Position numbers and translations under genes: made by a program
Notes under the pieces: model-generated
The model's database searches: none
The model's input: only the letters and a program-made list of their open reading frames with translations
What the model was told of the DNA's origin: nothing
In this document: positions 22,601-37,600 of the stretch, in pieces
How positions within the stretch are numbered: position 1 is the first letter of the stretch
Layout of the letters: each line of letters begins with the position of its first letter
Source: Eledone cirrhosa
Lineage: Eukaryota
DNA length: 64,000 nucleotides
NCBI GenBank assembly: GCA_964016885.1
Contig: OZ024744.1
Location: forward strand, 12,834,001-12,898,000
Direction of reading: 5' to 3'

Positions 22601-25600
22601 TAGATCCGAGTGTCACTCCAGTTAAAGCCACTCTCTAAATTGAGAGATCACAACTCCCATACTATGGACATGTGGTTAGAATGTCTCAGTAGATCAGAGA
22701 GTCACTCCAGTTAAAGCTACTCTGTAAATTGAGAGATCACAACTCCCAAATAATGAACATGGGGTTAGAACGTCTCAGTAGATCAGAGAGTCACTCCAGT
22801 TAAAGCCACTCTCTAAATTGAGAGATCACAACTCCCATACTATGGTCATGTGGTTAGAATGTCTCAGTAGATCAGAGTGTGACTCCAATTAAAGCTACTA
22901 GTTCTCTAAATTAGGAGATCACAACTCCCATACTATGGACATGTGGTTAGAATGTCTCAGTCGATCAGAGAGTCACTCCAGTTAAAACTACTAATTCTCT
23001 AAATTGAGAGATCACAACTCCGATACTATGGACATGTGGTTAGAATGTCTCAGTAGATCCGAGTGTCACTCCAGTTAAAGCCACTCTCTAAATTGAGAGA
23101 TCACAACTCCCATACTATGGACATGTGGTTAGAATGTCTCAGTAGATCAGAGAGTCACTCCAGTTAAAGCCACTCTCTAAATTGAGAGATCACAACTCCC
23201 ATACTATGGACATGTGGTTAGAATGTCTCAGTAGATCAGAGAGTCACTCCAGTTAAAGCTACTCTTTAAATTGAGAGATCACAACTCCCATACTATGGAC
23301 ATGTAGTTAGAATGTCTCAGTAGATCAGAGTGTGACTCCAATTAAAGCTACTAGTTCTCTAAATTGAGAGATCACAACTCCCATACTATGGACATGTGGT
23401 TAGAATGTCTCAGGAGTTCAGAGAGTCACTCCAGTTAAAGCTACTCTCTAAATTGAGAGATCACAACTCCCATACTATGGACATGTAGTTAGAATGTCTC
23501 AGTAGATCAGAGTGTCACTCCAGTTAATGTCACTAATTCTCTAAATTGAGAGATCAAACTTCCAATACTACAGACATGTGGTTAGAATGTCTCAGCAGAT
23601 CAGAGAGTCAGTCCAGTTAAAGCAACTCTCTAAATTGAGAGATCACAACTCCCATACGATGGACATGTGGTTAGAATGTCTCAGGAGATCAGAAAGTCAC
23701 TCCAGTTCAAGCTACTCTCTAAATTGAGAGATCACTACTCCCATACTATGGTCATGTGGTTAGAATGTCTCAGTAGATCAGAGTGTCACTCCAGTTAAAG
23801 CTACTAATTCTCTAAATTGAGAGATCACATCTCCAATACTATGGACATGGGGTTAGAATGTCTCAGTAGATCAGAGAGTCACTCCCTTTAAAGCTACTAG
23901 TTCTCTAAATTGAGAGATCACAACTCCCATACTATGGACATGTGTTTAGAATGTCTCAGTAGATCAGAGTGTCACTCCAGTTAAAGCTACTCTCTAAATT
24001 GAGAGATCACAAGTCCCATACTATGGACATGTGGTTAGAATGTCTCAGTAGATCAGAGTGTGACTCCAGTTAAAGCTACTAGTTCTCTAAATTGAGAGAT
24101 CACAACTCCAATACTATGGACATGGGGTTAGAATGTCTCAGTAGATCAGAGAGTCACTCCAGTTAAAGCTACTAATTCTCTAAATTGAGAGTTCACAACT
24201 CCCATACTATGGACATGTGGTTAGAATGTCTCAGTAGATCAGAGTGTCACTCCAGTTAAAGCTACTCTCTAAATTGAGAGATCACAACTCCCATACTATG
24301 GACATGTGGTTGGAATGTCTCAGTAGATCAGAGTGTCACTCCAGTTAAAGCTACTAATTCTCTAAATTGAGAGATCACAACTCCAATACTATGGACATGT
24401 GGTTAGAATGTCTCAGTAGATCAGAGAGTCACTCCAGTTAAAGCTACTCTGTAAATTGAAACATCACAACTCCAATACTATGGACATGTGGTTTGAATGT
24501 CTCAGTAGATCAGAGAGTCACTCCAGTTAAAGCTACTAATTCACTAAATTGAGAGATCACAACTCCCATACTATGGACATGTGGTTAGAATGTCTCAGTA
24601 GATCAGAGAGTCACTCCAGTTAAAGCCACTCTCTAAATTGAGAGATCACAACTCCCATACTATGAACATGTGGTTACAATGTCTCAGTAGATCATAGTGT
24701 CACTCCAGTTAAAGCTACTCTCTAAATTGAGAGATCTAAACTCCCATACTATGGTCATGTAGTTAGAATGTCTCAGTAGATCAGAGAGTCACTCCACTTA
24801 AAGCCACTAATTCTCTAAATTGAGAGATCACAACTCCAATACTACGGACATGTGGTTAGAATGTCTCAGTAGATCAGAGAGTCACTCCAGTTAAAGCCAC
24901 TAATTCTCTAAATTGAGAGATCACAACTCCCATACTATGGACATGTGGTTAGAATGTCTCAGTAGATCAGAGTGTCACTCCAGTTAAAGCTACTCTCTAA
25001 ATTGAGAGATCACAACTCCAATACTATGGACATGTGGTTAGAATGTCTCAGTAGATCAGAGAGTCACTCCAGTTAAAGCTACTCTGTAAATTGAGAGATC
25101 ACAACTCCCAAATAATGTACATGGGGTTAGAACGTCTCAGTAGATCAGAGAGTCACTCCAGTTAAAGCCACTCTCTAAATTGAAAGATCACAACTCCCAT
25201 ACTATGGTCATGTGGTTAGAATGTCTTAGTAGATCCGAGTGTCACTCCAGTTAAAGCCACTCTCTAAATTGAGAGATCACAACTCCCATACTATGGACAT
25301 GTGGTTAGAATGTCTCAGTAGATCAGAGAGTCACTCCAGTTAAAGCCACTCTCTAAATTGAGAGATCACAACTCCCATACTATGGACATGTGGTTAGAAT
25401 GTCTCAGTAGATCAGAGAGTCACTCCAGTTAAAGCCACTCTCTAAATTGAGAGATCACAACTCCCATACTATGGCCATGTGGTTAGAATGTCTCAGTAGA
25501 TCAGAGAGTCACTCCAGTTAAAGCTACTCTCTAAATTGAGAGATCACAACTCCCATACTATGGACATGTAGTTAGAATGTCTCAGTAGATCAGAGTGTGA

Positions 25601-28600
25601 CTCCAATTAAAGCTACTAGTTCTCTAAATTAGGAGATCACAACTCCCATACTATGGACATGTGGTTAGAATGTCTCAGTCGATCAGAGAGTCACTCCAGT
25701 TAAAACTACTAATTCTCTAAATTGAGAGATCACAACTCCGATACTATGGACATGTGGTTAGAATGTCTCAGTAGATCCGAGTGTCACTCCAGTTAAAGCC
25801 ACTCTCTAAATTGAGAGATCACAACTCCCATACTATGGACATGTGGTTAGAATGTCTCAGTAGATCAGAGAGTCACTCCAGTTAAAGCCACTCTCTAAAT
25901 TGAGAGATCACAACTCCCATACTATGGACATGTGGTTAGAATGTCTCAGTAGATAAGAGAGTCACTCCAGTTAAAGCTACTCTCTAAATTGAGAGATCAC
26001 AACTCCCATACTATGGACATGTAGTTAGAATGTCTCAGTAGATCAGAGTGTGACTCCAATTAAAGCTACTAGTTCTCTAAATTGAGAGATCACAACTCCC
26101 ATACTATGGACATGTGGTTAGAATGTCTCAGGAGTTCAGAGAGTCACTCCAGTTAAAGCTACTCTCTAAATTGAGAGATCACAACTCCCATACTATGGAC
26201 ATGTAGTTAGAATGTCTCAGTAGATCAGAGTGTCACTCCAGTTAATGTCACTAATTCTCTAAATTGAGAGATCAAACTTCCAATACTACAGACATGTGGT
26301 TAGAATGTCTCAGCAGATCAGAGAGTCAGTCCAGTTAAAGCAACTCTCTAAATTGAGAGATCACAACTCCCATACGATGGACATGTGGTTAGAATGTCTC
26401 AGGAGATCAGAAAGTCACTCCAGTTCAAGCTACTCTCTAAATTGAGAGATCACTACTCCCATACTATGGTCATGTGGTTAGAATGTCTCAGTAGATCAGA
26501 GTGTCACTCCAGTTAAAGCTACTAATTCTCTAAATTGAGAGATCACATCTCCAATACTATGGACATGGGGTTAGAATGTCTCAGTAGATCAGAGAGTCAC
26601 TCCCTTTAAAGCTACTAGTTCTCTAAATTGAGAGATCACAACTCCCATACTATGGACATGTGGTTAGAATGTCTCAGTAGATCAGAGTGTCACTCCAGTT
26701 AAAGCTACTCTCTAAATTGAGAGATCACAAGTCCCATACTATGGACATGTGGTTAGAATGTCTCAGTAGATCAGAGTGTGACTCCAGTTAAAGCTACTAG
26801 TTCTCTAAATTGAGAGATCACAACTCCAATACTATGGACATGGGGTTAGAATGTCTCAGTAGATCAGAGAGTCACTCCAGTTAAAGCTACTAATTCTCTA
26901 AATTGAGAGTTCACACCTCCCATACTATGGACATGTGGTTAGAATGTCTCAGTAGATCAGAGTGTCACTCCAGTTAAAGCTACTCTCTAAATTGAGAGAT
27001 CACAACTCCCATACTATGGACATGTGGTTGGAATGTCTCAGTAGATCAGAGTGTCACTCCAGTTAAAGCTACTAATTCTCTAAATTGAGAGATCACAACT
27101 CCAATACTATGGACATGTGGTTAGAATGTCTCAGTAGATCAGAGAGTCACTCCAGTTAAAGCTACTCTGTAAATTGAGAGATCACAACTCCCAAATAATG
27201 TACATGGGGTTAGAACGTCTCAGTAGATCAGAGAGTCACTCCAGTTAAAGCCACTCTCTAAATTGAGAGATCACAACTCCCATACTATGGTCATGTGGTT
27301 AGAATGTCTTAGTAGATCCGAGTGTCACTCCAGTTAAAGCCACTCTCTAAATTGAGAGATCACAACTCCCATACTATGGACATGTGGTTAGAATGTCTCA
27401 GTAGATCAGAGAGTCACCCCAGTTAAAGCCACTCTCTAAATTGAGAGATCACAACTCCCATACTATGGACATGTGGTTAGAATGTCTCAGTAGATCAGAG
27501 AGTCACTCCAGTTAAAGCCACTCTCTAAATTGAGAGATCACAACTCCCATACTATGGACATGTGGTTAGAATGTCTCAGTAGATCAGAGAGTCACTCCAG
27601 TTAAAGCTACTCTCTAAATTGAGAGATCACAACTCCCATACTATGGACATGTAGTTAGAATGTCTCAGTAGATCAGAGTGTGACTCCAATTAAAGCTACT
27701 AGTTCTCTAAATTAGGAGATCACAACTCCCATACTATGGACATGTGGTTAGAATGTCTCAGTCGATCAGAGAGTCACTCCAGTTAAAACTACTAATTCTC
27801 TAAATTGAGAGATCACAACTCCGATACTATGGACATGTGGTTAGAATGTCTCAGTAGATCCGAGTGTCACTCCAGTTAAAGCCACTCTCTAAATTGAGAG
27901 ATCACAACTCCCATACTATGGACATGTGGTTAGAATGTCTCAGTAGATCAGAGAGTCACTCCAGTTAAAGCCACTCTCTAAATTGAGAGATCACAACTCC
28001 CATACTATGGACATGTGGTTAGAATGTCTCAGTAGATCAGAGAGTCACTCCAGTTAAAGCTACTCTCTAAATTGAGAGATCACAACTCCCATACTATGGA
28101 CATGTAGTTAGAATGTCTCAGTAGATCAGAGTGTGACTCCAATTAAAGCTACTAGTTCTCTAAATTGAGAGATCACAACTCCCATACTATGGACATGTGG
28201 TTAGAATGTCTCAGGAGTTCAGAGAGTCACTCCAGTTAAAGCTACTCTCTAAATTGAGAGATCACAACTCCCATACTATGGACATGTAGTTAGAATGTCT
28301 CAGTAGATCAGAGTGTCACTCCAGTTAATGTCACTAATTCTCTAAATTGAGAGATCAAACTTCCAATACTACAGACATGTGGTTAGAATGTCTCAGCAGA
28401 TCAGAGAGTCAGTCCAGTTAAAGCAACTCTCTAAATTGAGAGATCACAACTCCCATACGATGGACATGTGGTTAGAATGTCTCAGGAGATCAGAAAGTCA
28501 CTCCAGTTCAAGCTACTCTCTAAATTGAGAGATCACTACTCCCATACTATGGTCATGTGGTTAGAATGTCTCAGTAGATCAGAGTGTCACTCCAGTTAAA

Positions 28601-31600
28601 GCTACTAATTCTCTAAATTGAGAGATCACATCTCCAATACTATGGACATGGGGTTAGAATGTCTCAGTAGATCAGAGAGTCACTCCCTTTAAAGCTACTA
28701 GTTCTCTAAATTGAGAGATCACAACTCCCATACTATGGACATGTGGTTAGAATGTCTCAGTAGATCAGAGTGTCACTCCAGTTAAAGCTACTCTCTAAAT
28801 TGAGAGATCACAAGTCCCATACTATGGACATGTGGTTAGAATGTCTCAGTAGATCAGAGTGTGACTCCAGTTAAAGCTACTAGTTCTCTAAATTGAGAGA
28901 TCACAACTCCAATACTATGGACATGGGGTTAGAATGTCTCAGGAGATCAGAGAGTCACTCCAGTTAAAGCTACTAATTCTCTAAATTGAGAGTTCACAAC
29001 TCCCATACTATGGACATGTGGTTAGAATGTCTCAGTAGATCAGAGTGTCACTCCAGTTAAAGCTACTCTCTAAATTGAGAGATCACAACTCCCATACTAT
29101 GGACATGTGGTTGGAATGTCTCAGTAGATCAGAGTGTCACTCCAGTTAAAGCTACTAATTCTCTAAATTGAGAGATCACAACTCCAATACTATGGACATG
29201 TGGTTAGAATGTCTCAGTAGATCAGAGAGTCACTCCAGTTAAAGCTACTCTGTAAATTGAAACATCACAACTCCAATACTATGGACATGTGGTTTGAATG
29301 TCTCAGTAGATCAGAGAGTCACTCCAGTTAAAGCTACTAATTCACTAAATTGAGAGATCACAACTCCCATACTATGGACATGTGGTTAGAATGTCTCAGT
29401 AGATCAGAGAGTCACTCCAGTTAAAGCCACTCTCTAAATTGAGAGATCACAACTCCCATACTATGAACATGTGGTTACAATGTCTCAGTAGATCATAGTG
29501 TCACTCCAGTTAAAGCTACTCTCTAAATTGAGAGATCTAAACTCCCATACTATGGTCATGTAGTTAGAATGTCTCAGTAGATCAGAGAGTCACTCCACTT
29601 AAAGCCACTAATTCTCTAAATTGAGAGATCACAACTCCAATACTACGGACATGTGGTTAGAATGTCTCAGTAGATCAGAGAGTCACTCCAGTTAAAGCCA
29701 CTAATTCTCTAAATTGAGAGATCACAACTCCCATACTATGGACATGTGGTTAGAATGTCTCAGTAGATCAGAGTGTCACTCCAGTTAAAGCTACTCTCTA
29801 AATTGAGAGATCACAACTCCAATACTATGGACATGTGGTTAGAATGTCTCAGTAGATCAGAGAGTCACTCCAGTTAAAGCTACTCTGTAAATTGAGAGAT
29901 CACAACTCCCAAATAATGTACATGGGGTTAGAACGTCTCAGTAGATCAGAGAGTCACTCCAGTTAAAGCCACTCTCTAAATTGAGAGATCACAACTCCCA
30001 TACTATGGTCATGTGGTTAGAATGTCTTAGTAGATCCGAGTGTCACTCCAGTTAAAGCCACTCTCTAAATTGAGAGATCACAACTCCCATACTATGGACA
30101 TGTGGTTAGAATGTCTCAGTAGATCAGAGAGTCACTCCAGTTAAAGCCACTCTCTAAATTGAGAGATCACAACTCCCATACTATGGACATGTGGTTAGAA
30201 TGTCTCAGTAGATCAGAGAGTCACTCCAGTTAAAGCCACTCTCTAAATTGAGAGATCACAACTCCCATACTATGGCCATGTGGTTAGAATGTCTCAGTAG
30301 ATCAGAGAGTCACTCCAGTTAAAGCTACTCTCTAAATTGAGAGATCACAACTCCCATACTATGGACATGTAGTTAGAATGTCTCAGTAGATCAGAGTGTG
30401 ACTCCAATTAAAGCTACTAGTTCTCTAAATTAGGAGATCACAACTCCCATACTATGGACATGTGGTTAGAATGTCTCAGTCGATCAGAGAGTCACTCCAG
30501 TTAAAACTACTAATTCTCTAAATTGAGAGATCACAACTCCGATACTATGGACATGTGGTTAGAATGTCTCAGTAGATCCGAGTGTCACTCCAGTTAAAGC
30601 CACTCTCTAAATTGAGAGATCACAACTCCCATACTATGGACATGTGGTTAGAATGTCTCAGTAGATCAGAGAGTCACTCCAGTTAAAGCCACTCTCTAAA
30701 TTGAGAGATCACAACTCCCATACTATGGACATGTGGTTAGAATGTCTCAGTAGATAAGAGAGTCACTCCAGTTAAAGCTACTCTCTAAATTGAGAGATCA
30801 CAACTCCCATACTATGGACATGTAGTTAGAATGTCTCAGTAGATCAGAGTGTGACTCCAATTAAAGCTACTAGTTCTCTAAATTGAGAGATCACAACTCC
30901 CATACTATGGACATGTGGTTAGAATGTCTCAGGAGTTCAGAGAGTCACTCCAGTTAAAGCTACTCTCTAAATTGAGAGATCACAACTCCCATACTATGGA
31001 CATGTAGTTAGAATGTCTCAGTAGATCAGAGTGTCACTCCAGTTAATGTCACTAATTCTCTAAATTGAGAGATCAAACTTCCAATACTACAGACATGTGG
31101 TTAGAATGTCTCAGCAGATCAGAGAGTCAGTCCAGTTAAAGCAACTCTCTAAATTGAGAGATCACAACTCCCATACGATGGACATGTGGTTAGAATGTCT
31201 CAGGAGATCAGAAAGTCACTCCAGTTCAAGCTACTCTCTAAATTGAGAGATCACTACTCCCATACTATGGTCATGTGGTTAGAATGTCTCAGTAGATCAG
31301 AGTGTCACTCCAGTTAAAGCTACTAATTCTCTAAATTGAGAGATCACATCTCCAATACTATGGACATGGGGTTAGAATGTCTCAGTAGATCAGAGAGTCA
31401 CTCCCTTTAAAGCTACTAGTTCTCTAAATTGAGAGATCACAACTCCCATACTATGGACATGTGGTTAGAATGTCTCAGTAGATCAGAGTGTCACTCCAGT
31501 TAAAGCTACTCTCTAAATTGAGAGATCACAAGTCCCATACTATGGACATGTGGTTAGAATGTCTCAGTAGATCAGAGTGTGACTCCAGTTAAAGCTACTA

Positions 31601-34600
31601 GTTCTCTAAATTGAGAGATCACAACTCCAATACTATGGACATGGGGTTAGAATGTCTCAGTAGATCAGAGAGTCACTCCAGTTAAAGCTACTAATTCTCT
31701 AAATTGAGAGTTCACACCTCCCATACTATGGACATGTGGTTAGAATGTCTCAGTAGATCAGAGTGTCACTCCAGTTAAAGCTACTCTCTAAATTGAGAGA
31801 TCACAAATCCCATACTATGGACATGTGGTTGGAATGTCTCAGTAGATCAGAGTGTCACTCCAGTTAAAGCTACTAATTCTCTAAATTGAGAGATCACAAC
31901 TCCAATACTATGGACATGTGGTTAGAATGTCTCAGTAGATCAGAGAGTCACTCCAGTTAAAGCTACTCTGTAAATTGAGAGATCACAACTCCCAAATAAT
32001 GTACATGGGGTTAGAACGTCTCAGTAGATCAGAGAGTCACTCCAGTTAAAGCCACTCTCTAAATTGAGAGATCACAACTCCCATACTATGGTCATGTGGT
32101 TAGAATGTCTTAGTAGATCCGAGTGTCACTCCAGTTAAAGCCACTCTCTAAATTGAGAGATCACAACTCCCATACTATGGACATGTGGTTAGAATGTCTC
32201 AGTAGATCAGAGAGTCACCCCAGTTAAAGCCACTCTCTAAATTGAGAGATCACAACTCCCATACTATGGACATGTGGTTAGAATGTCTCAGTAGATCAGA
32301 GAGTCACTCCAGTTAAAGCCACTCTCTAAATTGAGAGATCACAACTCCCATACTATGGACATGTGGTTAGAATGTCTCAGTAGATCAGAGAGTCACTCCA
32401 GTTAAAGCTACTCTCTAAATTGAGAGATCACAACTCCCATACTATGGACATGTAGTTAGAATGTCTCAGTAGATCAGAGTGTGACTCCAATTAAAGCTAC
32501 TAGTTCTCTAAATTAGGAGATCACAACTCCCATACTATGGACATGTGGTTAGAATGTCTCAGTCGATCAGAGAGTCACTCCAGTTAAAACTACTAATTCT
32601 CTAAATTGAGAGATCACAACTCCGATACTATGGACATGTGGTTAGAATGTCTCAGTAGATCCGAGTGTCACTCCAGTTAAAGCCACTCTCTAAATTGAGA
32701 GATCACAACTCCCATACTATGGACATGTGGTTAGAATGTCTCAGTAGATCAGAGAGTCACTCCAGTTAAAGCCACTCTCTAAATTGAGAGATCACAACTC
32801 CCATACTATGGACATGTGGTTAGAATGTCTCAGTAGATCAGAGAGTCACTCCAGTTAAAGCTACTCTCTAAATTGAGAGATCACAACTCCCATACTATGG
32901 ACATGTAGTTAGAATGTCTCAGTAGATCAGAGTGTGACTCCAATTAAAGCTACTAGTTCTCTAAATTGAGAGATCACAACTCCCATACTATGGACATGTG
33001 GTTAGAATGTCTCAGGAGTTCAGAGAGTCACTCCAGTTAAAGCTACTCTCTAAATTGAGAGATCACAACTCCCATACTATGGACATGTAGTTAGAATGTC
33101 TCAGTAGATCAGAGTGTCACTCCAGTTAATGTCACTAATTCTCTAAATTGAGAGATCAAACTTCCAATACTACAGACATGTGGTTAGAATGTCTCAGCAG
33201 ATCAGAGAGTCAGTCCAGTTAAAGCAACTCTCTAAATTGAGAGATCACAACTCCCATACGATGGACATGTGGTTAGAATGTCTCAGGAGATCAGAAAGTC
33301 ACTCCAGTTCAAGCTACTCTCTAAATTGAGAGATCACTACTCCCATACTATGGTCATGTGGTTAGAATGTCTCAGTAGATCAGAGTGTCACTCCAGTTAA
33401 AGCTACTAATTCTCTAAATTGAGAGATCACATCTCCAATACTATGGACATGGGGTTAGAATGTCTCAGTAGATCAGAGAGTCACTCCCTTTAAAGCTACT
33501 AGTTCTCTAAATTGAGAGATCACAACTCCCATACTATGGACATGTGGTTAGAATGTCTCAGTAGATCAGAGTGTCACTCCAGTTAAAGCTACTCTCTAAA
33601 TTGAGAGATCACAAGTCCCATACTATGGACATGTGGTTAGAATGTCTCAGTAGATCAGAGTGTGACTCCAGTTAAAGCTACTAGTTCTCTAAATTGAGAG
33701 ATCACAACTCCAATACTATGGACATGGGGTTAGAATGTCTCAGGAGATCAGAGAGTCACTCCAGTTAAAGCTACTAATTCTCTAAATTGAGAGTTCACAA
33801 CTCCCATACTATGGACATGTGGTTAGAATGTCTCAGTAGATCAGAGTGTCACTCCAGTTAAAGCTACTCTCTAAATTGAGAGATCACAACTCCCATACTA
33901 TGGACATGTGGTTGGAATGTCTCAGTAGATCAGAGTGTCACTCCAGTTAAAGCTACTAATTCTCTAAATTGAGAGATCACAACTCCAATACTATGGACAT
34001 GTGGTTAGAATGTCTCAGTAGATCAGAGAGTCACTCCAGTTAAAGCTACTCTGTAAATTGAAACATCACAACTCCAATACTATGGACATGTGGTTTGAAT
34101 GTCTCAGTAGATCAGAGAGTCACTCCAGTTAAAGCTACTAATTCACTAAATTGAGAGATCACAACTCCCATACTATGGACATGTGGTTAGAATGTCTCAG
34201 TAGATCAGAGAGTCACTCCAGTTAAAGCCACTCTCTAAATTGAGAGATCACAACTCCCATACTATGAACATGTGGTTACAATGTCTCAGTAGATCATAGT
34301 GTCACTCCAGTTAAAGCTACTCTCTAAATTGAGAGATCTAAACTCCCATACTATGGTCATGTGGTTAGAATGTCTCAGTAGATCAGAGAGTCACTCCACT
34401 TAAAGCCACTAATTCTCTAAATTGAGAGATCACAACTCCAATACTACGGACATGTGGTTAGAATGTCTCAGTAGATCAGAGAGTCACTCCAGTTAAAGCC
34501 ACTAATTCTCTAAATTGAGAGATCACAACTCCCATACTATGGACATGTGGTTAGAATGTCTCAGTAGATCAGAGTGTCACTCCAGTTAAAGCTACTCTCT

Positions 34601-37600
34601 AAATTGAGAGATCACAACTCCAATACTATGGACATGTGGTTAGAATGTCTCAGTAGATCAGAGAGTCACTCCAGTTAAAGCTACTCTGTAAATTGAGAGA
34701 TCACAACTCCCAAATAATGTACATGGGGTTAGAACGTCTCAGTAGATCAGAGAGTCACTCCAGTTAAAGCCACTCTCTAAATTGAGAGATCACAACTCCC
34801 ATACTATGGTCATGTGGTTAGAATGTCTTAGTAGATCCGAGTGTCACTCCAGTTAAAGCCACTCTCTAAATTGAGAGATCACAACTCCCATACTATGGAC
34901 ATGTGGTTAGAATGTCTCAGTAGATCAGAGAGTCACTCCAGTTAAAGCCACTCTCTAAATTGAGAGATCACAACTCCCATACTATGGACATGTGGTTAGA
35001 ATGTCTCAGTAGATCAGAGAGTCACTCCAGTTAAAGCCACTCTCTAAATTGAGAGATCACAACTCCCATACTATGGACATGTGGTTAGAATGTCTCAGTA
35101 GATCAGAGAGTCACTCCAGTTAAAGCTACTCTCTAAATTGAGAGATCACAACTCCCATACTATGGACATGTAGTTAGAATGTCTCAGTAGATCAGAGTGT
35201 GACTCCAATTAAAGCTACTAGTTCTCTAAATTGAGAGATCACAACTCCCATACTATGGACATGTGGTTAGAATGTCTCAGGAGTTCAGAGAGTCACTCCA
35301 GTTAAAGCTACTCTCTAAATTGAGAGATCACAACTCCCATACTATGGACATGTAGTTAGAATGTCTCAGTAGATCAGAGTGTCACTCCAGTTAATGTCAC
35401 TAATTCTCTAAATTGAGAGATCAAACTTCCAATACTACAGACATGTGGTTAGAATGTCTCAGCAGATCAGAGAGTCAGTCCAGTTAAAGCAACTCTCTAA
35501 ATTGAGAGATCACAACTCCCATACGATGGACATGTGGTTAGAATGTCTCAGGAGATCAGAAAGTCACTCCAGTTCAAGCTACTCTCTAAATTGAGAGATC
35601 ACTACTCCCATACTATGGTCATGTGGTTAGAATGTCTCAGTAGATCAGAGTGTCACTCCAGTTAAAGCTACTAATTCTCTAAATTGAGAGATCACATCTC
35701 CAATACTATGGACATGGGGTTAGAATGTCTCAGTAGATCAGAGAGTCACTCCCTTTAAAGCTACTAGTTCTCTAAATTGAGAGATCACAACTCCCATACT
35801 ATGGACATGTGGTTAGAATGTCTCAGTAGATCAGAGTGTCACTCCAGTTAAAGCTACTCTCTAAATTGAGAGATCACAAGTCCCATACTATGGACATGTG
35901 GTTAGAATGTCTCAGTAGATCAGAGTGTGACTCCAGTTAAAGCTACTAGTTCTCTAAATTGAGAGATCACAACTCCAATACTATGGACATGTGGTTAGAA
36001 TGTCTCAGTCGATCAGAGAGTCACTCCAGTTAAAACTACTAATTCTCTAAATTGAGAGATCACAACTCCGATACTATGGACATGTGGTTAGAATGTCTCA
36101 GTAGATCCGAGTGTCACTCCAGTTAAAGCCACTCTCTAAATTGAGAGATCACAACTCCCATACTATGGACATGTGGTTAGAATGTCTCAGTAGATCAGAG
36201 AGTCACTCCAGTTAAAGCCACTCTCTAAATTGAGAGATCACAACTCCCATACTATGGACATGTGGTTAGAATGTCTCAGTAGATCAGAGAGTCACTCCAG
36301 TTAAAGCTACTCTCTAAATTGAGAGATCACAACTCCCATACTATGGACATGTAGTTAGAATGTCTCAGTAGATCAGAGTGTGACTCCAATTAAAGCTACT
36401 AGTTCTCTAAATTGAGAGATCACAACTCCCATACTATGGACATGTGGTTAGAATGTCTCAGGAGTTCAGAGAGTCACTCCAGTTAAAGCTACTCTCTAAA
36501 TTGAGAGATCACAACTCCCATACTATGGACATGTAGTTAGAATGTCTCAGTAGATCAGAGTGTCACTCCAGTTAATGTCACTAATTCTCTAAATTGAGAG
36601 ATCAAACTTCCAATACTACAGACATGTGGTTAGAATGTCTCAGCAGATCAGAGAGTCAGTCCAGTTAAAGCAACTCTCTAAATTGAGAGATCACAACTCC
36701 CATACGATGGACATGTGGTTAGAATGTCTCAGGAGATCAGAAAGTCACTCCAGTTCAAGCTACTCTCTAAATTGAGAGATCACTACTCCCATACTATGGT
36801 CATGTGGTTAGAATGTCTCAGTAGATCAGAGTGTCACTCCAGTTAAAGCTACTAATTCTCTAAATTGAGAGATCACATCTCCAATACTATGGACATGGGG
36901 TTAGAATGTCTCAGTAGATCAGAGAGTCACTCCCTTTAAAGCTACTAGTTCTCTAAATTGAGAGATCACAACTCCCATACTATGGACATGTGGTTAGAAT
37001 GTCTCAGTAGATCAGAGTGTCACTCCAGTTAAAGCTACTCTCTAAATTGAGAGATCACAAGTCCCATACTATGGACATGTGGTTAGAATGTCTCAGTAGA
37101 TCAGAGTGTGACTCCAGTTAAAGCTACTAGTTCTCTAAATTGAGAGATCACAACTCCAATACTATGGACATGGGGTTAGAATGTCTCAGGAGATCAGAGA
37201 GTCACTCCAGTTAAAGCTACTAATTCTCTAAATTGAGAGTTCACAACTCCCATACTATGGACATGTGGTTAGAATGTCTCAGTAGATCAGAGTGTCACTC
37301 CAGTTAAAGCTACTCTCTAAATTGAGAGATCACAACTCCCATACTATGGACATGTGGTTGGAATGTCTCAGTAGATCAGAGTGTCACTCCAGTTAAAGCT
37401 ACTAATTCTCTAAATTGAGAGATCACAACTCCAATACTATGGACATGTGGTTAGAATGTCTCAGTAGATCAGAGAGTCACTCCAGTTAAAGCTACTCTGT
37501 AAATTGAAACATCACAACTCCAATACTATGGACATGTGGTTTGAATGTCTCAGTAGATCAGAGAGTCACTCCAGTTAAAGCTACTAATTCACTAAATTGA

